IMG/VR virus record: IMGVR_UViG_3300029183_000006
Coordinates: 1-50,246 of that record
Direction: 5' to 3' (one strand)
DNA from: a virus
Lineage: Duplodnaviria; Caudoviricetes
DNA length: 50,246 bases
Shown: positions 1 to 9,019 of the stretch, in pieces
Numbering within the stretch: the first letter of the stretch is position 1
Layout of the letters: each line of letters starts with the position of its first letter
Position numbers and translations under genes: made by a program
Notes under the pieces: model-generated
Seen by the model: only the letters and a program-made list of their open reading frames with translations
What the model was told of the DNA's origin: nothing
Databases searched by the model: none

Positions 1-17
1 GTTTCCCAGTCACGATC
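1..17 (+). other. SISPA/random-amplification primer (technical)
   Basis: GTTTCCCAGTCACGATC is the round-A/B random amplification tag; its exact reverse complement ends the window. Confidence 0.92.
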
Positions 18-1474
18 GGGGGACCGATCGCACTTATGATTTTGTTGTCAAGACCATGCCGATCAGCGAGGCAAGGCGGCTTTGTCCTGGCCATGACGAT
101 GTCATGCTTCATGCTGGTTGGGCGGGCATCGATGATGACCTGTCCAATGCTGGCATCAAGATTCAGTCCCGGCGCTATGAGCAGGACAGGGCAGGGGAGC
201 GCGCCAAGGAGCGGGCAAGATCGCGTGTGACGCTGATTGAGTGTCAATGGCGCGAAGTCGTTAATCGCTTCATGGTCGAGGATCGCCAAACTGGATCACA
301 GCGAGACATGAGCCCGGAAGTCGGTAAGCTGTTGGTTGAGACCTTGCCGGAACGTTATGCGGGTGTCGAACGGCCAACTTATGTTTATTATCGCGCGATT
401 CTTGGCGGGCAAATTTTGAAGAAAATCAAGCTTGATGCGCAAAAAGGCTTCACGCGGGAATATATGACTGGCTATCGCGATGAGACGCGTGGTATGTGGT
501 ACGGCTTGGTTCGTGCCATGAAGGATCCGCAGCGCGCCGCAAACAGCCTCTACAGTCAGTCTGTTGCCATGATGAAATCCGGCACGAAGAACGGTTGGAT
601 CATGGAACAGAATGCTGTTCGGGATATTCGAGATTTCGAGACCAATCAGGCAAAGCATGGTGGCAATCTGATCGTGTCTGATGGCGCGCTGTCTGGCGCG
701 AAGATCCGTGAGTTGCAACATTCACCGCCGCCAACGCATACCCATGAATTGCTAGGCATGTCACTTGATCAGGTCCAAGCCTCGACCGGTATTCCCTTGG
801 AGATGATTGCGACGTCGAACGGCTCGGGACCAGCGCAAACGGCGTTATTGGAGGATAAGCGGCGCCAGACAGGCATTACGCTGTTGGCGAACTTCTTCAA
901 TGCCAAGCGAATGCATTTGCAGCGAAAGTCGAAGCTCATTCTTCGTTATGTTCATGAGTTCATGCGCGATGGTCGCTTGATGCGGGTGATGAATGAGGGG
1001 CAAGCTAAATATGTCCCGCTTTGGCTCGAAGATGAGGATATTACGACTTACGACATCGTGGTAGACAGCAATCCAACCAGCGCTGATGCGCGTGAAAAAG
1101 CCTGGGCGTCTATTCTTGGCTTGATGCAATTCCCAGCCTTCCAGCAATTGCCGCCTGAGGTTTTGGTGAAGTTCCTTGAATTTGTGCCGAACTTCCCAGC
1201 GAAGCTGACGCGTGAAATCAGCGAAGTGGTCGAGCGCATGGCTGAGCCGACGCCTGAGAAACAGCGTCAGGATGAACTTCGAAATCGCGCACAAGAGGCT
1301 GAGGTGGCTAAAACCGAAGGCCAGGCCATGAAGGAACGAACGGCGGCTGAGCTCAATAAAGCTAAGGTCGAGGATATGGGCGGCCGACTGGCGCTGGATG
1401 CAACGGAGCAGATGCGTGAGACCGCGCTTGCTGCCGCAACGCCTGGGACGGTGCCGTTTCGGGAGTTTGGGTGA
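18..1474 (+). CDS. portal protein, P22-like (5' truncated)
   Basis: Frame is open from the window start through the Met at 56; YGLVRAMKDPQRAAN and YDIVVD..P.S motifs; C-terminal coiled coil; lies upstream of scaffold and capsid. Confidence 0.85.
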
Positions 1475-1920
1475 TGAAAAAATATCACCAACGAGATCTT
1501 AAAGTGTTTGCTTTCCAATGGGAGTCACATGAAGATACGCCAAATGAACATGTTAAGTATTTTGCTCGACCAGACATGAAAGGTAACAATATATGCGGGC
1601 ATTGCGACTTGCCATATAAAGAGCATGGTTGGATTGATGAGGGAAATGGACGTACTGTATGTCCAAATGATTGGGTAATTTGTGTGCCGAATTTTTATAT
1701 GAAAGTTGGGACGCATTATCCAATTAAACCGAATGTAATGGCTTATTTGTTTAATGAAACTATTCAATTGAAACTAAGGAGTCCACTTTCCGTTATACAA
1801 GACGAAGTTCAATGGTCAGTTCATCAAGATTCCAATTCGTGGAGTGATGCTAAAAATAATCAAAATTTTCAAGGATCTCTTGGTGTTGTGATTAATGACC
1901 CAAATGGCGGGCGACGTTAA
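1471..1920 (+). CDS. phage hypothetical protein with CxxC..HGWID..VCPxDW motif
   Basis: Overlaps the portal stop; AT-rich; motif resembles a recurrent small phage family. Confidence 0.6.
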   Translation: MMKKYHQRDLKVFAFQWESHEDTPNEHVKYFARPDMKGNNICGHCDLPYKEHGWIDEGNGRTVCPNDWVICVPNFYMKVGTHYPIKPNVMAYLFNETIQLKLRSPLSVIQDEVQWSVHQDSNSWSDAKNNQNFQGSLGVVINDPNGGRR

Positions 1921-2121
1921 ATGGATCGCCGTTTGTTTCTCTCAAGTGTTTCTGCAATGGCGCTATTGTCTCTGCTTTCTTCAGAAACAAAAACTAATCA
2001 GTCAGCATGTAGAGCTTTCACTCTCAATAAGCTTGATCGTTTGATATCAACGAGTCAGGGAACGTCAATTGTCAGACCAGTTATTATTAATGGTCAGTCT
2101 TATTATACAATTTGGGTATGA
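1921..2121 (+). CDS. small protein with Tat-like leader and capsid-like C-terminal segment
   Basis: MDRRLFL plus hydrophobic stretch; C-terminus resembles an internal segment of the major capsid protein. Confidence 0.55.
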   Translation: MDRRLFLSSVSAMALLSLLSSETKTNQSACRAFTLNKLDRLISTSQGTSIVRPVIINGQSYYTIWV

Positions 2122-2127
2122 CTGCCG

Positions 2128-2355
2128 ATGAGTTCTTTTTTAGCTGAAAATTCAAGAGCCGCTTGCCAGCGTAAGTTTGGTGATGACTCAAAGGACAAGG
2201 TAATTAGGATTTCTCCGGAGTCTTTGGCTGAATTGTTAAGTATTGATTATGGACGTGTCGTAGATATCATGACATTTGATTGTTCTCACTTATTTGGAAT
2301 TTTGGTTGAGATGCCTAAACATACTTCTGTTAAACAAAGTGCGGATCAAACATGA
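2128..2355 (+). CDS. hypothetical protein
   Basis: 75-aa ORF with ATGA overlap into the scaffold gene. Confidence 0.5.
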   Translation: MSSFLAENSRAACQRKFGDDSKDKVIRISPESLAELLSIDYGRVVDIMTFDCSHLFGILVEMPKHTSVKQSADQT

Positions 2356-3461
2356 CTACTTCTGACGAAGACGAAATCAAAGAAATCCTGAAACAGATGG
2401 AAGATGCGCCGGATGAAGAAACCGGCGCTGGTCCTGATGTTGTCGTTGAAGAGCCTGAATCTCAAGAGGTAAAACAAGAATCCGTTTCTGAGCCTGAGTC
2501 GGAGCCTGAAGTCGATCCTGACCAGAAGCCACCGGAAGGCTACGTTCCCTATAACGCTATGTATAAGGAGCGTGCTAGCCGGAAAGAAGCACAAGAGGAA
2601 CTTGATCGCTTACGCGCTGAATTCAATCAGTACCGCGAGCAACAGGCTAAGGAACTCGGTGAACTAAAGGTTTATCGTGAGCAGCTTGCCGAGGAAAGGA
2701 AGCAGCGCGAGCAGGACGATCGCCCGAAGAAGATGGATCTGGTAACATTGCCCGATCCTGAAGAGGTTGGGTTGAAGGCTTATACGGACGCGATTAACCA
2801 TAATGCCACAGCACGCGAGCATAACTTGCGGCTGGAAATGGAGGCTCAAGCAGAAGCGAAAGCGGCGGCCGCTCTTGAACAGCATATGAAGCCGATCAAT
2901 GAGGCATACACTCAACACCAACAAATGACGCGTGAGCAGCAGGAACACGGTCAGCTTTTGAATGCCGTGACGGCACGTGAGCAGTCATTTGCCATGGAGC
3001 AGTCGGATTATTATCCAGCGATTGACGCTTACAAACAGCAGCGTTTTGAGGATTTCAAGGCATTAGGACTCCCGCCTGATTCTGCTATGAATGCCATGCA
3101 ACGAGAGATGGTTACGCAGGCTAAGCAGTTCATGGAAGCTAACATGAACCCAGCGCAGGCATGGTATTCTCTGGCACTTCGTCGCGGTTGGAAACAACCG
3201 ACAGTGGCTGCAGCGCAACCTCAGACTGAACAGCAACAATCATCAAAACCCGCTCGTCAGCCCGGCAAGCCCAGTGTTGAGACGATGCAGCGCGGAATGC
3301 AGTCGAGTGATGGTCTTGCCAATGCTCAACAGTCAGGCGGGGCGATGGCGCCGGATCCTGAGGCATTGTTGAATAAGCTTTTGGATAAGCCGGAACATGA
3401 AATTGCCGCGATGATGCGGGATGGCACGTTGGATAAGCTGTCTAAGAAGGTGATGCAGTGA
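2352..3461 (+). CDS. capsid scaffolding protein
   Basis: Acidic N-terminus, VPY..xER..RK motif, long coiled coil, position between portal and capsid. Confidence 0.75.
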   Translation: MTTSDEDEIKEILKQMEDAPDEETGAGPDVVVEEPESQEVKQESVSEPESEPEVDPDQKPPEGYVPYNAMYKERASRKEAQEELDRLRAEFNQYREQQAKELGELKVYREQLAEERKQREQDDRPKKMDLVTLPDPEEVGLKAYTDAINHNATAREHNLRLEMEAQAEAKAAAALEQHMKPINEAYTQHQQMTREQQEHGQLLNAVTAREQSFAMEQSDYYPAIDAYKQQRFEDFKALGLPPDSAMNAMQREMVTQAKQFMEANMNPAQAWYSLALRRGWKQPTVAAAQPQTEQQQSSKPARQPGKPSVETMQRGMQSSDGLANAQQSGGAMAPDPEALLNKLLDKPEHEIAAMMRDGTLDKLSKKVMQ

Positions 3462-3703
3462 ATCCCACGTCCCGTATTGCTTTATCTGCATACACCAACA
3501 CTGCGCGTTTTGTTCATAGAGATGTTGAAATAACGGGCCATTGTCCATTTTGCGGTTCTTCTGATCTCTTCATGGAAGAGATAGGCTCAGATCCATTAAC
3601 CCGTGTTGTTTGTCGTAATTGTTGGTCAACGGGACCGTCACGAAGGGGCCATGACAAATGTGCTCAAAATGATGCGGCAAAAGCTTGGAATACGAGATCA
3701 TGA
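3458..3703 (+). CDS. Lar-like (restriction alleviation) zinc-ribbon protein
   Basis: CPFCGS...VVCRNC..GP...A.KAWN.R pattern. Confidence 0.7.
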   Translation: MNPTSRIALSAYTNTARFVHRDVEITGHCPFCGSSDLFMEEIGSDPLTRVVCRNCWSTGPSRRGHDKCAQNDAAKAWNTRS

Positions 3704-4026
3704 TCGGCATCCATCCTTACCTCCGTGAACGTTTGCGTGATCTTCGCAAACACGGATTTTGTGTAATCGAACATCAATTGATCATGGATGATGAAAGCAT
3801 CTGGGGCGGGCATTCACATGATTTGTTCAATGAGGAGGTTGTGAAGCATTTCGATGGCAAATTTTTTTTGATGGACACACAGCCTAATGGCGATCTGCTT
3901 ATTCATGAGCCAAAGACGCAAGAAGAAATGGCCAGGGCGATTGCCGAAGCCCGTACGATGGCTAATCGTGCGATCGACGAAGCGGCGTTTGATGATGATG
4001 GGGTGATGAAGAGGGCAAGACATTGA
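3700..4026 (+). CDS. hypothetical protein
   Basis: ATG at 3700 overlaps the previous stop (ATGA). Confidence 0.55.
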   Translation: MIGIHPYLRERLRDLRKHGFCVIEHQLIMDDESIWGGHSHDLFNEEVVKHFDGKFFLMDTQPNGDLLIHEPKTQEEMARAIAEARTMANRAIDEAAFDDDGVMKRARH

Positions 4027-4316
4027 AAACATTGAACAATAGCGACGTATCAGGGGCCAGACAAAATGTTCCTGATATCAAAATTGTTGGTAATGGCGAT
4101 TTGTTTCAATTGCTTTGCAAGGCTTCATCTGAATCTGAAGGATGGATGAAAAGCACAAAAGCAATGCAAGTTTGGAATGGTTGTATTGTTCAGGTAACAA
4201 CTCAGCAAAGAAATCCAGATGGATCTTATAGTTTGGCAGAAGCTTTAACTTATGTTCCTGGCGTAAAAATTGTTGATGATCAAAATAATGGGCGTCTTTT
4301 GGAAATCATGTCATGA
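4023..4316 (+). CDS. conserved phage hypothetical protein
   Basis: TTG start overlapping the previous stop; CKASS..EGWMKSTKAM motif. Confidence 0.6.
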   Translation: MKTLNNSDVSGARQNVPDIKIVGNGDLFQLLCKASSESEGWMKSTKAMQVWNGCIVQVTTQQRNPDGSYSLAEALTYVPGVKIVDDQNNGRLLEIMS

Positions 4317-4732
4317 AAACCATCGCCGCGTTGATCGAGGCGGTTTCAACAGACCATCTTAGGCTTGGTGAAAACTCAGATGATGTGAAGTTGCGTGGTC
4401 CGGTTTTGTCGTTAAACAGCGATGGTACGCCGATTGTTTATTGCTCCGCTTGGGGAGGGCCACGTCGTCGGCAAGAGGCTGAGAATGCGCTTAAGTTGTT
4501 TAAGTTGATGATTGAGAAGGCGTTGGATGATGATGATTTGAATAATCGGGAGAGTGGTATAGATGAAGAAAGGATTCAATCTCTTTTAGAGATTATTCAT
4601 GGAAAACAAAAATCTCTAGAGTCACAAGAAAATCATATCACTAAGCTTGAAAAAGCTATTTATCAAATCGCATCCAGTGATGTAACCAACGTCAGACAAG
4701 CTAAGGAAATCGCAGACAGCGTTCGCACTTAA
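4313..4732 (+). CDS. hypothetical protein
   Basis: ATGA-coupled ORF with C-terminal coiled coil. Confidence 0.55.
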   Translation: MKTIAALIEAVSTDHLRLGENSDDVKLRGPVLSLNSDGTPIVYCSAWGGPRRRQEAENALKLFKLMIEKALDDDDLNNRESGIDEERIQSLLEIIHGKQKSLESQENHITKLEKAIYQIASSDVTNVRQAKEIADSVRT

Positions 4733-4742
4733 TAATGAAACA

Positions 4743-4771
4743 TTGATTTCATATCATTCCTGAGTTAGAAT
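4743..4771 (+). promoter_or_regulatory. sigma70-like promoter for the capsid operon
   Basis: TTGATT-17 bp-TAGAAT in the AT-rich intergenic region. Confidence 0.6.
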
Positions 4772-4784
4772 TCTCATATCACTA

Positions 4785-4930
4785 TAGCGACCTTTTGCCT
4801 GTTCGGGTCGTTAATCCAGCAGCAGGCTTCGTGATGGTCGACGAAACAGGCCACGTTGCCGCCGGACGTGTCGGGCGCAGTGCAATTTCTTCCCTGAAGC
4901 GACAGACGGGATCATCCGAAATGCGGATCA
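4785..4930 (+). ncRNA. candidate structured 5' leader of the major capsid gene
   Basis: Several hairpins and a possible pseudoknot between promoter and ATG. Confidence 0.4.
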
Positions 4931-4936
4931 TCCATC

Positions 4937-6064
4937 ATGGCGCTCAAGGAATTCGGCGTTAGCAACGCCCTTACGAACAAACTCTATTCCGTCAAACTGG
5001 CCGTCACCGCGATCCAGGGGACTTATATCGATAAGTTCTCGGGTGAAAGCGAGGACGAAGTCATTCAGATGATGACCGAGGCGCAAAAACGCCCTGGTGA
5101 TCAAATCACCTGCGGCCTTGCTCTTAATCTTGAAGGTGATGGCGTTCTCGGCAATGACGTGCTTGAGGGCAACGAAGAAGCCATCGACACTGCTGATGAC
5201 GCCCTTATCCTAAACGAACTTGGCCACGCAACTAAGATCAGAGCTAAGGGCACCATCTCGGCACAGCGTGTTCCTTACGACATGCGCGAGCTTGCGCTTA
5301 AGAAGCTCGGCAAGTGGTGGAGTGAGCGCAAGGACCTGTGGGCAGCCAATCAGCTTTGCGGCAACACATCGGATGGCGGCACGCCGGCTGATCGCAATAC
5401 GTCGCTTGGCGATGACATTCGCAAGACTGGTCTGCAGGCAACAGTTGCGCCGGATACTGACCACATTCTGATCGCGGGCAACCAGTCCAATGATCAGTCC
5501 CTGACTAGCTCCGATACGTTCCACGTCAATCTGATTGATTACTGCGTTGAGCGGGCCAAGACGCTTTATCCGCTTATTCGTCCGATCATGGTTGGCGGGC
5601 AGCCATTCTATGTCTGTTTTGCCCATCCACATCAGATCACCGATCTGCGTACGGCGGCAACAACCTCGGGCAGCTGGTACGACATCCAGGCACGCGCCAT
5701 GGAAGGTGGCGAGATCTCGGGCAATCCGATCTTCACCGGTGCGGTCGGCGTTTACAACCAGACCATTATTCACGAATGGGGACGTGTTTCTCAAGGTGTG
5801 AACAGCTCCAATGCTGACCTCGTCGCCAATACACGCCGTGCGGTGTTTTGCGGCGCACAGGCAGCCTGGGTTGGTTATGGCCAAGATTACGGGCCTTCGC
5901 GGTTCAAGTGGGTCGAAGAGCTGTTTGACTACAACAAGCAGCTTGGTGTTTCCGGCACTTGTGTGGGCGGTCTCAAGTCTTCGCGGTTCACGATCGACGG
6001 CACGGCAAAGGATTACGGCAAGATCGTGATCAGCACCTATGCCGCTCAGCACACTGACGCTTAA
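4937..6064 (+). CDS. major capsid protein, N4-gp56/DUF4043 type
   Basis: GD.IT..L...L.G.GV.G...LEGNEE, HP.Q..DLR, NPIFTG..G.YN, RRAVFCGAQA, W.EELFDY motifs. Confidence 0.92.
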   Translation: MALKEFGVSNALTNKLYSVKLAVTAIQGTYIDKFSGESEDEVIQMMTEAQKRPGDQITCGLALNLEGDGVLGNDVLEGNEEAIDTADDALILNELGHATKIRAKGTISAQRVPYDMRELALKKLGKWWSERKDLWAANQLCGNTSDGGTPADRNTSLGDDIRKTGLQATVAPDTDHILIAGNQSNDQSLTSSDTFHVNLIDYCVERAKTLYPLIRPIMVGGQPFYVCFAHPHQITDLRTAATTSGSWYDIQARAMEGGEISGNPIFTGAVGVYNQTIIHEWGRVSQGVNSSNADLVANTRRAVFCGAQAAWVGYGQDYGPSRFKWVEELFDYNKQLGVSGTCVGGLKSSRFTIDGTAKDYGKIVISTYAAQHTDA

Positions 6065-6084
6065 TCCAAGGAAGGGATGAACTC

Positions 6085-6585
6085 ATGGCTTCGAGCACTC
6101 TTGGAAGCGGCGTTGCTGCAAGGCAGCTTGGCAATGGCGCGCTTAATGTTACTGACTACCTGATCACGTTTTCGGGCGCGGCTTTCACCGACAACGATAC
6201 GGTGGAAATCTGCAAACTAGCGCCTCGGACGCGGATCATGGATATCAAGGTCGCTCTAACCGATCTCGATACCGGGACCGACATGGAAATCGACGTTGGT
6301 CTTAATCCCGCTCCTGGCGTGACGACGGCTGACGCCGATGTTCTTGTTGATGGCGTTACGACATCGGTCCAATCGGCTGGCTTCGTCTCGCTGTTCGCAA
6401 CAGCGCCAACGGTATCCAGTGGTTCGATCACGGCAGGGGTTGGGCTTGAAACCCATGCCGAGGATGAAAGCACGCTTTATCTGACTATGATCGATAACGG
6501 GACGGCGACGTCCGGGACGCTTTATGTTCAGGTCTATCATACCGCCGATAGCGGTTTTGATAGCGTTGCGATCACCAATAGCTAA
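6085..6585 (+). CDS. putative capsid decoration/minor capsid protein
   Basis: Beta-rich 166 aa immediately after the capsid gene, good RBS. Confidence 0.6.
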   Translation: MASSTLGSGVAARQLGNGALNVTDYLITFSGAAFTDNDTVEICKLAPRTRIMDIKVALTDLDTGTDMEIDVGLNPAPGVTTADADVLVDGVTTSVQSAGFVSLFATAPTVSSGSITAGVGLETHAEDESTLYLTMIDNGTATSGTLYVQVYHTADSGFDSVAITNS

Positions 6586-6590
6586 TCCGT

Positions 6591-6806
6591 ATGTTTGCGC
6601 AACCTATCCCACAAAGCGCGGCAAGGGCTCAGCGGGCTAAGGCGCTTCGGCGCCTGGCTCGTGAGGCCAATGCGGCTCATCGCAGGCAAGCGATAGAGAA
6701 AATTAGCGTCAAGGTTTTTGAGCCGGAGGTTCAAGAAAAACCCGCCGCGCCAAAGAAGCGCCGCGGACGACCTCCCGGTTCCAAAAACAAGACAAAGGCG
6801 TTTTGA
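6591..6806 (+). CDS. small basic protein with AT-hook
   Basis: KKRRGRPPGSKNK. Confidence 0.6.
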   Translation: MFAQPIPQSAARAQRAKALRRLAREANAAHRRQAIEKISVKVFEPEVQEKPAAPKKRRGRPPGSKNKTKAF

Positions 6807-6809
6807 TCC

Positions 6810-7469
6810 TTGGCGACGCTTGGTAACGTCATGCGCCGCATTAAGCGGGATCTCAGGTCGAAGAACGGTCTACGTCTTGATGATGATGATATCATTGAGG
6901 CGATTAATGATGCGATCCGGCATTACCGCATGCGTCGTTTTCATTTTAATGAGGCCACAGCTGACAATGGACTTGGCCAGCCCGTAACGACGGTCGCTGG
7001 AACGGCGGCTTATGACTTTCCATCGACCGTGTTGGAACTTGATGAAGTTCTTTATCTCTATTCGGGATACAATTATCCGCTGATTGAATGGAGCTGGCGC
7101 GATCAAGTCAATGCGGTGGGTGATACTACATCGTCACGCGGGCCTGGTCGGTTCTATACGGTTTACGGTAATGATCTTCATGTTTTTCCGCCACCAGATG
7201 CTGCAACCACGATTACCTTGACGGGGTTGGTTGAGCTGACGCCAACACCATTCGCCACGGCCACGCAAACCAATGCATGGCTTGATGATGCTCTATCACT
7301 TACCAAAGCTCGGGCAAGCTGGGATTTGGCGTTAAACACGATTGCTAATCCTGATCGTGCGGCTGATTTTCGCCAAGCTGAAGCCGAGGCGATTTCGGCA
7401 CTTACTGAAGAAACCACGCGTCGCATTAAGACAGGGTGTGCGTTGGTTCTTGATTGGGATCGTGTCTGA
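6810..7469 (+). CDS. head-tail adaptor protein
   Basis: TTG start; AINDAIR.Y...RF.FNE, P.PD, TNAWL motifs; position after capsid genes. Confidence 0.75.
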   Translation: MATLGNVMRRIKRDLRSKNGLRLDDDDIIEAINDAIRHYRMRRFHFNEATADNGLGQPVTTVAGTAAYDFPSTVLELDEVLYLYSGYNYPLIEWSWRDQVNAVGDTTSSRGPGRFYTVYGNDLHVFPPPDAATTITLTGLVELTPTPFATATQTNAWLDDALSLTKARASWDLALNTIANPDRAADFRQAEAEAISALTEETTRRIKTGCALVLDWDRV

Positions 7470-9019
7470 TGGGCAGGCGCGCGGGTGGCCCGTCGATTTC
7501 CAATTGGCCGATGGTTGAGTTTGGCCCGCATCTCCCGGACGTGCCGGCTCTGGTCAATCCGGGTACGTTCTATGCCAAGAACATCATGCCCAAAGCGAAT
7601 GGCTATTACGGTCCTGCGCGTGATCTTCAGACTCTATCGAACAACACCGTTTTCAGCCTTGGCTTGCCTAATCGTATTGCCGGGACTGTTCATAGTTACA
7701 AGAAAGGCACGGGTGGCACGGTATTTCTTTATGCCGGGTCGACAGCGACCAATGCCGGCGATGCTCAGCTGTTTCGCTACACGGAAAGTACAAAGACCTG
7801 GAGCGATGCCAGCCAGGCTGGCGGCTATACGGTTGGTACGTTTCGAAACTGGCGATTTACCAATATGGGCGATGCCGTTATCGCGGCTGTAGGGCATGGG
7901 CAAGTTCTACAATATCTCGCTGATGGGTCAACGGGTTTGTTCGCCGATCTTGATGCCAATGCGCCCGATGCGGTCGATATCGCAGTGGTTAATCCAGGCT
8001 TCTTGGTTGCGATCAATGTGGTCGATAATGTGCATGGCGCTGGAACGCAGCATTATCGTGCTTGGTGGTCTGGTATTGGCGATCCGACGTCTTGGGAGCA
8101 GCCAGCGACAACGGCCGCATTGAATGTCCAGTCAGATTTCCAGGATTTGTTCGGCGGCGGTCGTCTGCGGCGGATTTTTCCTGGCATCGGCGGCAATGAT
8201 GCGGTGATTGTTGGTGAGCGGCACATTTGGCGTATGAACTATGTTGGTCCGCCGAACATCTTTGATTTTCGTGTTGCCGAATATGATCAGGGAACGACGA
8301 TTGACGGTTCCTGCGTCGCTTCTAATGAGACGTTATATTATTACGGTCATGGCGGGTTCATGGCGTTCGATGGGTCGAACTCAACACCGATCGGGCGTGG
8401 CAAAGTCGATCAGACGTTTCTTGATGAGATCGAATTCGTTGAAAACAACAGCTATGAATTCGCGGTTTGTGCGGGATTTGATAACGATACAGCGACCGCG
8501 CTTTGGTCGTATCGAACGAACACAGCGACGATGGACTTCAATAATGTAGTTCGGGCCTACAATACAATCACGGGCAACTGGTCGCCGCCAATAGAAATTG
8601 GCGTTGATGCTATGGGTTTAGTGGACAACCAGACAACGTTCACCGACGTGCCACATCTTGTTGTCATGGGGCAGGATTTTCACCTACAGCGCCTGACCGG
8701 CAATACGCTGGAAGCTGAGATCGACACGCGGGAATCGGCTGTACCTGGTGGCGGCGAAACGATGTTCAAGTCCGCTCGGCCGATCATCGATGCTGACGAG
8801 ATCTACGTTAAGATGCTGACACGGGATCGGATTTCGCAATCTCTCATAGAAAGCGGAGAGATCGGGCAAGAAGATGACGGCACCTGTCCGGTTGACGCGG
8901 ATTATGCCCGATACTTTCGAGCGCGTTGCCGCATTCCTGCGGGCATTGAGTGGAAAGACGCAATTGGGGTTGAGGGTGAAATCGCTCCAGGGGCGCATGG
9001 TCCGGGGAGGAATGGGTGA
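7469..9019 (+). CDS. tail nozzle / DNA stabilisation protein (P22 gp10 / T7 gp12 analogue)
   Basis: Beta-propeller-like; RAWWS.I.DP..W, SDFQDL, M.YVGPP..F.F motifs; follows adaptor. Start at 7469 or 7511. Confidence 0.75.
   Translation: MGRRAGGPSISNWPMVEFGPHLPDVPALVNPGTFYAKNIMPKANGYYGPARDLQTLSNNTVFSLGLPNRIAGTVHSYKKGTGGTVFLYAGSTATNAGDAQLFRYTESTKTWSDASQAGGYTVGTFRNWRFTNMGDAVIAAVGHGQVLQYLADGSTGLFADLDANAPDAVDIAVVNPGFLVAINVVDNVHGAGTQHYRAWWSGIGDPTSWEQPATTAALNVQSDFQDLFGGGRLRRIFPGIGGNDAVIVGERHIWRMNYVGPPNIFDFRVAEYDQGTTIDGSCVASNETLYYYGHGGFMAFDGSNSTPIGRGKVDQTFLDEIEFVENNSYEFAVCAGFDNDTATALWSYRTNTATMDFNNVVRAYNTITGNWSPPIEIGVDAMGLVDNQTTFTDVPHLVVMGQDFHLQRLTGNTLEAEIDTRESAVPGGGETMFKSARPIIDADEIYVKMLTRDRISQSLIESGEIGQEDDGTCPVDADYARYFRARCRIPAGIEWKDAIGVEGEIAPGAHGPGRNG

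Noticed and set aside
5210-6052. 280-aa antisense ORF within the capsid gene (likewise 12274..13296, 25726..26388, 27453..28265)
   Set aside because: Shadow ORFs opposite well-supported genes; no recognisable motifs
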